Below are positions 1 to 9,599 of a stretch of 64,000 nucleotides of DNA, in pieces; position 1 is the first letter of the stretch, and each line of letters starts with the position of its first letter. The position numbers and the translations under genes are program-made. Below the pieces are notes generated by a model that made no database searches, was not told the DNA's origin, and was given only the letters and a program-made list of their open reading frames with translations. This DNA is from an uncultured archaeon (lineage in GTDB: Archaea; Thermoproteota; Nitrososphaeria; Nitrososphaerales; Gagatemarchaeaceae). The stretch lies in contig CAWFOU010000007.1 in assembly GCA_963817525.1 (NCBI GenBank), positions 384,001-448,000 on the forward strand. The letters run 5' to 3'.

Positions 1-287
1 CGTCTTCGGCCACCGTCACCGTCGGCCCCGTCACCTATCTGCAAAGCGCGCTAGAGCGCTAGTCATCAAACCTCTCTGGTCTTGAGGTCTGCCAGGATGC
101 TCCCCGCCGTGCATTCATCGTGTGGAATTGAGGGGCGTCGACCACTTTGAACTAGAGGCGCCACAAGGGAATTCGCACGAAGGCGCGACGTCGCCGGCCA
201 GAGTTCTATGGGCGCTTAAAAGAAAAGCCAGGCTTGGTGGCCATGCCAACACAGCAAGGCATCCACCATCTCTGCGAGGCGTAGAGG

Positions 288-2579
288 ATGCGCGGGTGGA
301 TACTCGACCTCTACACCGAGAGCCCCGGGAAGATGGTCGTGTGGCTCAAGCTCGAGGGGGGCGAGACCAGGAGGCTCGTCGACAGGTGGGCGCCCTCGAT
401 CTTCGTCGCCTCCGACAGCGGGCAGGACCTGGCCGACCTCGAGAAGGGGAGGGGGCGGGAGTTCTCGTGGTCGAGGAGGGTGATGAAGCTCGAGAGGGCA
501 ACGGACGTGCGGGAGAGCGAGGTCCTCGAGCTGGTGGTGGACGACGCGAAGAAGCTCGCCCCGCTCGCGGAGGCCGTCGAGCGCTCGAGGCCGTTCGGGG
601 CCTACAGGCTCTACAACGTCGACGTCCCCCCGGAGCAGATGTACCTCTACGAGAACGACCTCTTCCCCCTCGCATACTGCGAGGTCTCGGAGACCCGCGA
701 CGGGCTGAGCTGGGAGCTCCTCGACGACGTCTGGGCGTGCCAGTACGCCCTGCCGGAGCTGCGCTCTGTGGACATCGAGGTGGAGGTGAGCAAGTCCGGG
801 AAGATGGCGAAGGTCTCCGACCCAATACAGTCGATCACGCTGAGGAGCGGCGACGGCTCGGTCTCGCGCATGGACGGCGGGACCGAGGGGGGCAAGATCC
901 TCGGCCTGGTCGAGGAGGTGAGGAGGGTCGACCCCGACCTGATATTCACGAGCGACGGCGACGCGTTCGTCCTCCCCTACCTCGTCGCGCGGGCGGCGGC
1001 CAACGGGATCTCGGAGAGGCTCAGGATAGACAGGGACGGGGGCGTCCTCGAGGCCCCGGCGAAGAAGGGGTCGTCCTACTTCAGCTACGGCAAGATTCTG
1101 TTCAAGCCTTCGGCGATGAAGCTCCGTGGGAGGGTCCACCTCGACAAGACGAGCTCCTTCGTCCACAAGGAAACTGGGCTCGACGGCTTCTATGAGGTGA
1201 GCAGGGTGTGCAGGCTCCCACTCCACATCTCCAGTAGGGCGAGCATAGGCAAGGCGCTCTCGAGCCTCCAGTTCTACCATGCGACCAAGGACGGGATTCT
1301 TATCCCATGGAAGCCCACCATGGCCGAGAGCTTCAAGAGCAGAGCTGAGCTTCTCGTCGCCGACCGCGGAGGTTTCATCTTCGAGCCAGAGCTAGGGATG
1401 CACGAGGGGATTGGAGAGCTAGACTTCAGTTCGCTTTACCCCAGCATCATGATGAAGAAGAACATCTCGCCAGAGACTGTGAGATGCGAGTGTTGCCTTG
1501 ACTCCGCGAACAGGGTCCCGGAGCTCGACTGGAACGTTTGCGAGAGAAGGCCTGAGGGGATAGTCTCGAAGGCCGTGAAAATCATAGTCGAGAAGAGGAT
1601 GAAGTACAAGAGGCTGGAGAAGACCACAGAGGGCGAGGAGCGGGCGCGCTACGAGGCCCGGAGGGACGCCCTCAAGTGGGTTGGGGTCGCTTGTTTTGGC
1701 TACCTCAGCCATGCCAACGCGAGGTTCGGGCGCATCGACGCGCACATCGCCGTCTGCGCCTGGGACAGGAAGGTGCTCATGGACGCGGCGAGGGTGGCTG
1801 AACGGAGGGGATTCCGGGTGATCCACGGGATAGTCGACTCGCTCTGGCTGAAGAAGGAGGGCGCGGGCGAGGAGGAGTTCGAGAGGCTCCGGAGGGAGAT
1901 AGAGGCGGAGACGAAGTTCGCGATCTCCTTCGAGGGCGTCTACAAGTGGATCGCGTTCCTCCCATCGAAGGTGGACGCGGGGGTCCCGGTCCTCAACCAG
2001 TACTTCGGCGCGTACAGGGACGGGAGGCTCAAGGTCCGCGGGATAGAGGCGAGGAGGCACGACACGCCGGCGTTCTTCTCAGCGTGCCAGCTGGAGATCC
2101 TCGAGCTGCTCGCTAAGGCCAGGACGGTCGAGGAGGCGAGGGGGATGGTCGACGAGTGTGTGTGGGTGTTCCTCAAGCACGCGAGGACACTCCTCGAGCA
2201 CCGCGCGCCCGTCGCGGGGCTCGTCTTCACGAGGAACCTGTCGAAGAAGCCCGGGGAGTACGTGAACCGGTCGCTGACGTCCTCGGTCGCCGACCAGCTG
2301 GTGCGCGAGGGCGTGGAGCTCCACGCCGGGGAGGCGGTCCAGTACGTCATAACGGACTACCGGTCCAAGTCGCCGGGGAGGAGGGCGGTCCCGTTCGAGC
2401 TGGCGGACGAGAAGACCGTCTACGACGCGGAGAGGTACGTGGAGCTCCTCGCGGAGACGTGCTCTACCGTCCTGCGGCCCTTCCGGGAGGAGTGCAGCGC
2501 CGAGTGGCTGCTGCGCGTCGTGAAGGGGTCGTTGCACGGGGGGATGACCGCGGATGAAGCCTCACCGTTCCCGGGCTAG
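288..2579 (+). CDS. polB2: Family B DNA polymerase, archaeal PolB2 (Dpo2-like)
   Basis: Motif A ELDFSSLYPSIM; PolB2-type motif B KWVGVACFGY; motif C HGIVDS instead of YGDTDS; KVRGIEARRHD. Confidence 0.9.
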   Translation: MRGWILDLYTESPGKMVVWLKLEGGETRRLVDRWAPSIFVASDSGQDLADLEKGRGREFSWSRRVMKLERATDVRESEVLELVVDDAKKLAPLAEAVERSRPFGAYRLYNVDVPPEQMYLYENDLFPLAYCEVSETRDGLSWELLDDVWACQYALPELRSVDIEVEVSKSGKMAKVSDPIQSITLRSGDGSVSRMDGGTEGGKILGLVEEVRRVDPDLIFTSDGDAFVLPYLVARAAANGISERLRIDRDGGVLEAPAKKGSSYFSYGKILFKPSAMKLRGRVHLDKTSSFVHKETGLDGFYEVSRVCRLPLHISSRASIGKALSSLQFYHATKDGILIPWKPTMAESFKSRAELLVADRGGFIFEPELGMHEGIGELDFSSLYPSIMMKKNISPETVRCECCLDSANRVPELDWNVCERRPEGIVSKAVKIIVEKRMKYKRLEKTTEGEERARYEARRDALKWVGVACFGYLSHANARFGRIDAHIAVCAWDRKVLMDAARVAERRGFRVIHGIVDSLWLKKEGAGEEEFERLRREIEAETKFAISFEGVYKWIAFLPSKVDAGVPVLNQYFGAYRDGRLKVRGIEARRHDTPAFFSACQLEILELLAKARTVEEARGMVDECVWVFLKHARTLLEHRAPVAGLVFTRNLSKKPGEYVNRSLTSSVADQLVREGVELHAGEAVQYVITDYRSKSPGRRAVPFELADEKTVYDAERYVELLAETCSTVLRPFREECSAEWLLRVVKGSLHGGMTADEASPFPG

Positions 2580-3385
2580 GCCTTGCGCATGTACGCCCGC
2601 AGCGTCAGCGGGGCGAACACGAGCACGATGACTATCGAGCCTATGAGGGACAGCCAAAAGTCGGTCCCGACGGTCCCCTGCGTGAAGAGCTGCCGGACCG
2701 CGCTCACCACGTAGGTCAGCGGGTTGACGTTGACAAAGTCCTGGAGCCACGACGGCAGGGTCTTGGTCGGGACGAAGGCGCCCGAGAGGAAGCTCAGCGG
2801 GAAGAGGATGGCCGCCGAGATGCCCTGAACTGCCTGCGCGGACTTCATGACGACCCCGAGGAGGGCGAAGACCCAGCTGAGGCACCAGGCCGCGAAGACC
2901 GAGAGGAATCCCGCCAAGAGCAAGCCATCGGTGCTGACCCACCTGAACCCGAGGATGAAGCCCATCACCAGGGTGAGCCCGGTCGCGATGGAGTACCGCA
3001 CGATGTCCGCGAGGAGCGGTCCCGCGAGTGCGGCCATGCGCGCAATCGGCATCGACTTGAAGCGGTAGAAGACCCCCTTGTCCATGTCCTCGCGGAGCTG
3101 GACGCCCGTCCCCATCGACGCCGTGATGGCGGTCTGGGCGAGGATCCCCGGGATGATTATGGGCAGGTATCCCGCCACGCTCCCCGAGATCGCCCCCCCG
3201 AAGAGGAACGAGAACATCAGCGTGAAGAGGATGGGCTGGATGGTCACGTCGAACAGCTGCTGGGGGTTCCTGCGGATGAGGAGGAGGGTCCTGTAGGCCA
3301 TGGTCAGCGAGTTGCTGATGGTCGTCTGGATGGAGATCCGGTTCTTCAGCTTCCGCTCGGCCCCGGGGACTATCTGGGCGCTCAT
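2576..3385 (-). CDS. ABC-2 type exporter permease (DrrB-like)
   Basis: Multiple TM segments, LSGAFVP...LP.WLQ...VNPLTY signature; follows the ATPase gene. Confidence 0.9.
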   Translation of the reverse strand: MSAQIVPGAERKLKNRISIQTTISNSLTMAYRTLLLIRRNPQQLFDVTIQPILFTLMFSFLFGGAISGSVAGYLPIIIPGILAQTAITASMGTGVQLREDMDKGVFYRFKSMPIARMAALAGPLLADIVRYSIATGLTLVMGFILGFRWVSTDGLLLAGFLSVFAAWCLSWVFALLGVVMKSAQAVQGISAAILFPLSFLSGAFVPTKTLPSWLQDFVNVNPLTYVVSAVRQLFTQGTVGTDFWLSLIGSIVIVLVFAPLTLRAYMRKA

Positions 3386-4392
3386 GCCTTTGCTCCTCCT
3401 GTCTGAGCGTCCTTGTCGCCCCCGGTTAGGGCGATGAAGACCTCGTCGAGGGTGGGCTCCTGGACGCTGACCGTGGCGAGCTGGATCTTCGCGTTCCGTA
3501 GGGCGACCAGCAGGTCGGTCACGCTGTCAGGGTTCGACATCGGCGCGGTCACGAGGTTCGCTTCGGGCTGGGATGTCTTCACGCCGAGCACGTCCTCCGC
3601 GATCCGTGCCGCCTCCGGCGCTTCCTTCTCGTCGGCGAGACTGAGGTTGAGCGTCGCCTTTCCGACCGCGGCCTTGAGCTCGCGCGGGGTGCCTTCTGCC
3701 ACGACGCGGCCGTGGTCGATCACCGCTATCCTGTCAGCGAGCTGGTCGGCCTCGTCGAGGTACTGGGTGGTCAAGAGGATGGTCGAGCCGGAGGCGACCA
3801 TCCGCCTGATCGACTCCCACATCTGGATCCTCGTGCGCGGGTCGAGCCCGGTGGTGGGCTCGTCGAGGAAGACGAGAGGCGCCTGGATGATGAGGCTCGC
3901 GGCAAGGTCGAGCCGGCGGCGCATCCCTCCCGAGAACTTCTCGAGCGTCCGCTTGGCTGCCTCTTCTAGCCCGAACTCGACAAGGAGCTCGGCGGCCCTC
4001 TTGCTCGCCTGCGACTTGCTGAGACCCAGGAGCATCCCGAAGATCGTCAGGTTCTCCGTCGCGGAGAGCCTCTCGTCGACGGCCGCGCTCTGGCCGGTCA
4101 CGCTGATGAGCTGGCGGACGACCTGGGTCTCCCTCGCCACGTCGTGCCCGAATATCTTGGCGCTCCCGCCGTCAGGCTTGAGGAGGGTCGTGAGCATGTT
4201 GATGATCGTCGTCTTGCCCGCCCCGTTCGGCCCGAGCAGGGCGTAGATGGACCCGGTGCGTATTGAGAGGTCCACCCCGTCGACGGCCCGGTTGTCCCCG
4301 AATACCTTGACGAGCCCGTGCGCCTCTATGGCGAAGCCGGCCTGGCTGCCCGCGCTCCGGTCGCCGCCCTGGACTCCAGTCTGCTGCATCAT
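3382..4392 (-). CDS. ABC exporter ATP-binding protein (DrrA-like)
   Basis: Walker A GPNGAGKTT, FSGGMRRR, FLDEPTTGLDP; ATG at 4392 overlaps the PadR stop (ATGA). Confidence 0.92.
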   Translation of the reverse strand: MMQQTGVQGGDRSAGSQAGFAIEAHGLVKVFGDNRAVDGVDLSIRTGSIYALLGPNGAGKTTIINMLTTLLKPDGGSAKIFGHDVARETQVVRQLISVTGQSAAVDERLSATENLTIFGMLLGLSKSQASKRAAELLVEFGLEEAAKRTLEKFSGGMRRRLDLAASLIIQAPLVFLDEPTTGLDPRTRIQMWESIRRMVASGSTILLTTQYLDEADQLADRIAVIDHGRVVAEGTPRELKAAVGKATLNLSLADEKEAPEAARIAEDVLGVKTSQPEANLVTAPMSNPDSVTDLLVALRNAKIQLATVSVQEPTLDEVFIALTGGDKDAQTGGAKA

Positions 4393-4904
4393 GACTGACC
4401 ACTCCCCGACTGCAGCGCGCCGCTGAGGTTCTCCAGCCTCTTCGCCAGCTTGTCGATCCTGTCGGAGCACTTGGCGACGCGCGCCGCGTCGGTCCTTTGG
4501 AGGTCCTCCAGGTACGAGGCGTTACTCTCGAGTGCGGAGAAGGCGGCCACGAGGTCGTCCCCGACGCCCGACTGCCGTGCGAAGGCCTGGGTGAGCTCGA
4601 ACTTGCCCTCCTTGTTCTTCGCTATCAGCCCCTCCCCCTCGAGCTGCTCAAGGAGCGGGTAGATCGAGCCGGGGCTCGGCCGATACCAGCCGTGGCTCAT
4701 CTCCTGGAGGCGGTTCATGATGTCGACCCCGTTCATCGGCCCCTGCTCGAAGAGCTCGATTACCTGGGGGCGCAAGTGGCCCCGCTGCCCGAACCGAATC
4801 CGCTGGAGCTCGTGCATTCCCTCCAGCTTCTCCCTGAGGCGGTCGTTCCGCCGCCGGTTCCTCCCTCTTGAATCGTCTTGGTTGTCTTTATTGTCTTGGC
4901 TCAT
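4389..4904 (-). CDS. PadR family transcriptional regulator
   Basis: WYRPSPGSIYPLLEQLEGEGLI motif; first gene of the ABC operon. Confidence 0.88.
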   Translation of the reverse strand: MSQDNKDNQDDSRGRNRRRNDRLREKLEGMHELQRIRFGQRGHLRPQVIELFEQGPMNGVDIMNRLQEMSHGWYRPSPGSIYPLLEQLEGEGLIAKNKEGKFELTQAFARQSGVGDDLVAAFSALESNASYLEDLQRTDAARVAKCSDRIDKLAKRLENLSGALQSGSGQS

Positions 4905-4915
4905 GTCGATTTACC

Positions 4916-4960
4916 GATATCTTATATCAGATATCGACTATTCGATATCGGGGTATTAAA
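4916..4960 (-). promoter_or_regulatory. Putative PadR operator (three GATATC at 14-bp spacing) and TATA box
   Basis: GATATC at 4916, 4930 and 4944, between TTTAATAC (minus strand, 4953-4960) and the padR start. Confidence 0.55.
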
Positions 4961-4971
4961 GGCTTATGGAA

Positions 4972-5514
4972 TTAGGCGCTGTCGCGGGCGTCCGCGCCCA
5001 CCACGTAGAGACGGACGTTCTCACGCGACTCGGCGGGCTTCCAGTCAGGGAAGCGGTGGTCGACGGAGGCCACCAGCGCGCCCGCGGGCATCTCCCTCCC
5101 CACCTTCTCCTGCAGCTTCCTCATCAGGAGGGGGGAGAGGAAGAAGAAGACCTTCCTAGAGTCGCGCAGGTCTACATCCAGTAGGTTCTTCCTGAGCACC
5201 GAGACCCTCGAGGACAGGCCCTGCCTGCGGATCCTCCACAGAGAGACCGCCCTGCGCAACGGGTCGACCTCGGCCCCGACCGCATGGACGCGATACTCCT
5301 TTGCGAAGAAGATGAGCGCCCCGCCGAAGCCCGAGCCGAGGTCGTACACGGTGTCTCCTTCCACGAGCTGGAGGAGCGCCGCGGCGGCCGCGAGCTGCCT
5401 CCTCGATGTGGGGGAGTAGCCCGCGCCCCAGACCAGGCTGAATAGGAAGAGGTAGACCAAAAAGGCGGCGAAGGCCCAAAGGATCCAGGCCTCCAGGATG
5501 TGGGCGGGGACCAC
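4972..5514 (-). CDS. Class I SAM-dependent methyltransferase with N-terminal TM helix
   Basis: YDLGSGFG motif I, GAEVDP; N-terminal hydrophobic segment. Confidence 0.8.
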   Translation of the reverse strand: MVPAHILEAWILWAFAAFLVYLFLFSLVWGAGYSPTSRRQLAAAAALLQLVEGDTVYDLGSGFGGALIFFAKEYRVHAVGAEVDPLRRAVSLWRIRRQGLSSRVSVLRKNLLDVDLRDSRKVFFFLSPLLMRKLQEKVGREMPAGALVASVDHRFPDWKPAESRENVRLYVVGADARDSA

Positions 5515-5661
5515 GCCGGGGCAGGAGTCCGCGGCGTATATGGGCTCGGCCTGAGGCCTTAAAACGAATCAGGGGCTTCGGGGCCCAGGAATGCGGGGCA
5601 GAGCGGCTTTGGGCCGGGCTTCGAGGCCGCGGGTTCCAGGCTCTACAGGCTGGAGTACGCC

Positions 5662-5982
5662 GTGGCGACGCTGGCCATCCTCGCGTACCTGATCTTCAGG
5701 TGGCAGCACCTGGGAGGCCTCGACTGGCCGGCCACCGTGTTCTGGATAGTCTTCCCGGACCTGGCCGCCTTCATACCCATCGGGCTCACATCGAAGAGGA
5801 GAGAGTGGCCAGCGTGGGGAAGCCATCTCTACAACGCGTTTCACAGCGCCATCGTGTGGGGCCTAGCGTTTGGCGCGCTCTGGCTGGCCACGGGGACCCC
5901 CTACTGGCCTATCCTTGGTTGGCCGGGGCACATAGCGGCCGACAGGACGGTGGGCTACGGGCTACGCTCCACCTCGAGGTGA
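5662..5982 (+). CDS. DUF4260-like membrane protein (true start uncertain)
   Basis: PDL...LYNAFH...HIAADRTVGYGLR pattern; in-frame RLEY upstream of the GTG. Confidence 0.65.
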   Translation: MATLAILAYLIFRWQHLGGLDWPATVFWIVFPDLAAFIPIGLTSKRREWPAWGSHLYNAFHSAIVWGLAFGALWLATGTPYWPILGWPGHIAADRTVGYGLRSTSR

Positions 5983-5985
5983 CCG

Positions 5986-6474
5986 TTAGCCCGTCGTCGC
6001 GCTCGGCACCACGTATAGGTAGATGGAGTGGGGCTTCTTCCAGCCAGCCGGGATGACCTCTATCTCCCTCGTGGCCTTCCAGTCCGGTATGGGGTAGTCG
6101 AAGTTCACCACCCTCACTCCGGGCCTCAGCTCCCTGTTGAACTTCGGGGTGAGGAGGTTCAGCGTGTAGCTCGAGAGGTAGGTGCAGAGGACGTCGACCT
6201 TGCGCATGCTGACCTTCTTGAAATTACGGCAGATGATCTTGGCCTGGTCGGAGAGCCCCAGCTCGCGGATCCTCTTGCGGGAGGCCTTCACCAGCCGCTT
6301 CCGGGTCTCGACGCCGACGGCCCTGGCGCGGAAGTCCTTCGCAGCCGCTATCACTATCCTCGCGTCGCCCGAGCCCAGGTCGAATACCGCCTCGCCCGGC
6401 TTCACGGAGGCGAGGGAGAGCATCGTGGGGATTATGTCCTCGGGGGTAGGGACGTGGGGCTCTGTGTAGTTCAT
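5986..6474 (-). CDS. Class I SAM-dependent methyltransferase
   Basis: PHVPTP, FDLGSGDARI, ELRPGVRVV motifs. Confidence 0.85.
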   Translation of the reverse strand: MNYTEPHVPTPEDIIPTMLSLASVKPGEAVFDLGSGDARIVIAAAKDFRARAVGVETRKRLVKASRKRIRELGLSDQAKIICRNFKKVSMRKVDVLCTYLSSYTLNLLTPKFNRELRPGVRVVNFDYPIPDWKATREIEVIPAGWKKPHSIYLYVVPSATTG

Positions 6475-6588
6475 CCTAGCGGACCGGCTTCGCGCCTTAG
6501 ATAAGCGTCGAGCGCGGTCGCAGTACTACGACTGCATATCTTTTTTTAAGAGGCGCCGTCATCAGGAAACTCAGGATGAGCCGAGCCT

Positions 6589-6969
6589 ATGCCTAGAGGA
6601 AGCTCGCTATTCAGCGACAAGTCTGGCCTCGACGACAAGCGGGGCTCGTCGAGCAACCAGACGGTCTTGCAGTGCGTGGAAAAGGCCCTGCTCGACACCC
6701 TCGGCGAGTCCGCAGAGGCGGCGACGCTCTATTTCATAGAGACCAAGGGCGGGGTGAAGCTCAGCAAGGTGTCTCTCGACCCCGAGGGCTTCGTGCAGGC
6801 ACTGCGGGCGATCTTCGGCGCGGGGAGCGCGGAGCTGATGAAGGCGATCTTGAGGGAGGTCCGATCCAAGGAGGCGGAGCTGGGGCAGGACAAGCACGTG
6901 CGGGGGTTCGCCGCGGCCATGGAGCGGGCGCTGGAGTCGGACGGGCTCGGACGGCCGGGGAAGACGTGA
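6589..6969 (+). CDS. Hypothetical protein, DUF3227/NitrOD5-like
   Basis: LGES...YF...PEGF..ALRAIFG pattern. Confidence 0.5.
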   Translation: MPRGSSLFSDKSGLDDKRGSSSNQTVLQCVEKALLDTLGESAEAATLYFIETKGGVKLSKVSLDPEGFVQALRAIFGAGSAELMKAILREVRSKEAELGQDKHVRGFAAAMERALESDGLGRPGKT

Positions 6970-6973
6970 GAGC

Positions 6974-7348
6974 ATGGAGACCAACCGGTCCATCTTCGGG
7001 ACGAAGGCGAACCAGATCTTGTCGTTCGACAGGAACATCAGGTCCGTCGTCCTACTGACCTCGGAAGGGAAGATGATAGCGGACGTTAGCAGGCCAGGGA
7101 CGACCTCCCTCGAGCCGCCGAGCGAGACCGAGACGATGTACATGAAGGCGACGATCGCCATCAGCATGACCGCGCCCATGGACAAGTACCACGGTCGCAT
7201 AAAGACCGCCATCCTGGTCAAGGAGAAGGTGACGGTCATCGGCTTCAACCTCATGGCGAAGATCATGCTGATAATGGCCGACCCCGGGTTCAAGCTGAGT
7301 CGAGTCGACGAGCTCGGCCAGCTGATCGACCAGCTGAACCTAGGCTGA
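6974..7348 (+). CDS. Roadblock/LC7-like (DUF6659-like) protein
   Basis: ILSFDRNIR...EGKMI...RPG pattern typical of Nitrososphaeria proteins; coupled to the upstream gene. Confidence 0.55.
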   Translation: METNRSIFGTKANQILSFDRNIRSVVLLTSEGKMIADVSRPGTTSLEPPSETETMYMKATIAISMTAPMDKYHGRIKTAILVKEKVTVIGFNLMAKIMLIMADPGFKLSRVDELGQLIDQLNLG

Positions 7349-7378
7349 TCGCTCGCGCCCAACGGACCTCAGGTGCGA

Positions 7379-7666
7379 CTAGGTCCAGAGCACAGGGGAG
7401 CCTCTGTAGGCTTCGGAAGAGTAGTCGAGCTCCGAAAAGTCCACGCCTTCCAGCGCCTTGACCATCGCAGGCCTTGCCGCCAGCCAGTCTTCCTTGCTGT
7501 CCCAGAGGGCGGTCCCGATCAAGGAGCCTGACTCTTCGTCTTTCCACGCGAACACGAAGAGGAGGCCCTTGTGCCCACGCTGCGCTTCCCCGAACTTCTT
7601 CATGGCCTCGAGGAGTCGCTCCTCCTTCCCGGGCTTTGGATGGTGGACGCCTATTATCACGTACAT
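7379..7666 (-). CDS. Antibiotic biosynthesis monooxygenase (ABM) family protein
   Basis: PKPGKEE...WDSKEDW pattern, 95 aa. Confidence 0.7.
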   Translation of the reverse strand: MYVIIGVHHPKPGKEERLLEAMKKFGEAQRGHKGLLFVFAWKDEESGSLIGTALWDSKEDWLAARPAMVKALEGVDFSELDYSSEAYRGSPVLWT

Positions 7667-7702
7667 GCGCGAAGAGGCGTCATGGAGTTTACTTAAGTTC
7701 CG

Positions 7703-7918
7703 TCACATTGCTGCCGGGACCTGCGGCTTCGGCTTCAACACGGCCCCGTAGGCGACCAGCCCTATCCCGAGGACAGCGATGATGCCGCCCAGGAGGACGA
7801 ATGTTGTGTTGTTGTCCATCAGGCTGCTTCCCCCGATGACCCCCGCTCCTTGGGCCGCCCATCCGATCCCTACCAGCAGAAGGACTACACCGATGATGAC
7901 TGGGATTATCTTCCTCAA
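7703..7918 (-). CDS. Small two-TM membrane protein
   Basis: Two hydrophobic helices, WAAQGAGVIGGSSLM. Confidence 0.65.
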   Translation of the reverse strand: MRKIIPVIIGVVLLLVGIGWAAQGAGVIGGSSLMDNNTTFVLLGGIIAVLGIGLVAYGAVLKPKPQVPAAM

Positions 7919-8008
7919 GTCTCTTCGCCTTCAAGGAGGCTGGCGGATATTTTAGCGTTGTTCGGAATCTCAGAGCGAAGGGGCGGACAGCTCACGCTGT
8001 GATGGTGG

Positions 8009-8069
8009 ATGGTGCGGGAGGTGGGATTCGAACCCACGAACCCCTAAGGGATTGGAGCCTCAGTCCAAC
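8009..8069 (-). repeat. att-like duplication of the 3' 61 bp of tRNA-Leu(GAG)
   Basis: Matches 9426-9486 with one mismatch; covers anticodon arm to CCA but lacks the 5' acceptor strand and D-arm. Confidence 0.92.
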
Positions 8070-9310
8070 TGGGCTATTCGTTGTCTGGGAACCTCTAAAA
8101 TGATGCTTCTAACGGAGCTATCTCGCTCGAGACAAGTAAGAATGGCGTACCCTCTTCTCATTTGGTCTTGGTTTGCATAGTCCTCCTGTAATTTCCTGAC
8201 AAGACTGAGCAAGACACCCTGAATGGTCAAGTCTCTTGTAGTCTCGTCCAGATTCACAAGAAATCTGGTTTGGATGGAGACTGCATTGTCTAGAGTGTAA
8301 AGGTCTCTCCCACCAGCAGATGGCTCCTGAATTACCACGTTTTGTAGTCTGAACTTCTGTGGCAATCATGTATGCAATCTCTGCACCTAATCTTCCAACG
8401 TCGTATTCAAATCGGCGGCCAAGGATGTTCCTTTCAAGATTTCTGAGAAGAGCTATGCTGTCGATTCGGAAAGCCGATGAATGTCTCCCTTCCAGCTGTA
8501 GAAGATAATGCCCTGAGAATGGTTTCATATCGGCCAAGGCATAGATTTCGCTGCTTGGTGCTTTGAGATATATTGTCGCCGCGAAGTTGCCTGATGAATA
8601 GAGGACTGACAACCTGAATCCATCGAAAGAAATTAGGTTTGCTTTGTAAAACGAACCCCTTCTGAGAATTTGCAGGGTTGGCGAGCTGAACCCGTCGAAC
8701 TGAATTCGCAGTTCGCTCATTCTGCCTATGTAATCCGATACCCTGAACTGGAGAAAGATGCCGCCGTACCGAGGGCTCGAGCCTGGGAAGCGGCTTACAG
8801 TCCCTTTAACCCGAAACTCACCGATGTCGTTGAAGGGACAGTCCTGAAGAACATCGATGGTCAATTCGTCACCAACGAGTGAAGTGCCGCTAACTATTGC
8901 CTCGTTGGCGAGCCAATTCAAATTGCCTACATTTGTCATCTGGAATCTCGGAATGCTCTTGATGAACGACTCCATAGGTAAAAGGTCGAACGAGACAGGA
9001 AGTACGTCTCCTCCACGGGCATGTTTCTTAGGAAGCGTAGGTCCGAGGCCTGACCTCCATTGTAAAGATGATAGCTCTTAAGGAGCTCGTTTTTGCGATG
9101 AATCACAACCGCGAGAGCCTGCACCTTTCCCGGTATGAACCCCGGAATCACGTCTTGTAGAAACTCTCGTCTTAGGTTGTGGTTCTTATCGATGCCTTCG
9201 CGTAAAGATACACCTCTGTCATCCCGGGCGATGTAAACTCTGATTATTGGTCTGGTGGCTGAGACAGGGCGGTCCAAATACCGTTTCAGCATCAACTGAG
9301 CTATAAGCAC
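8060..9310 (-). pseudogene. Probable single hypothetical gene broken by two frameshifts
   Basis: Overlapping ORFs 8936-9310, 8118-8975 and 8060-8365 on the same strand in shifted frames. Confidence 0.5.
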
Positions 9311-9425
9311 CTATGAATCAAATATCGGAGCAATGATCGCTCGGAAGGCCACGACAACCATGTCATGTCTTCCTGCTTTCTAATTTGATGTCGAGACCAC
9401 TGAGGTAATGGACAAGAGAAGTGAA
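8070..9425. mobile_element. Small genomic islet integrated at tRNA-Leu
   Basis: Bounded by the tRNA and its 3' duplication; visibly AT-richer than flanks; no integrase inside. Confidence 0.8.
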
Positions 9426-9426
9426 A

Positions 9427-9514
9427 TGGTGCGGGCGGTGGGATTCGAACCCACGAACCCCTAAGGGATTGGAGCCTCAGTCCAACGCCGTTGGCCATAC
9501 TGGGCGACGCCCGC
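9427..9514 (-). tRNA. tRNA-Leu(GAG), CCA encoded
   Basis: GCGGGCG acceptor, TTGGA-CTGAGGC-TCCAA anticodon arm, long variable arm, GTTCGAATCC T-loop, ACCA end. Confidence 0.96.
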
Positions 9515-9599
9515 TCGTGCGTCGCCCTGACAGGGTAACTCTAAAATGCTTTCGAGATATTATATGGAGAAGGTTAAGTCAATAGGTACGACTCAAGAA

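Noticed and set aside
122-1280. Long alternative-frame and antisense ORFs over polB2 (and similar ones across the window)
   Set aside because: Arg/Gly/Pro-rich shadows of GC-rich coding DNA with no motifs.
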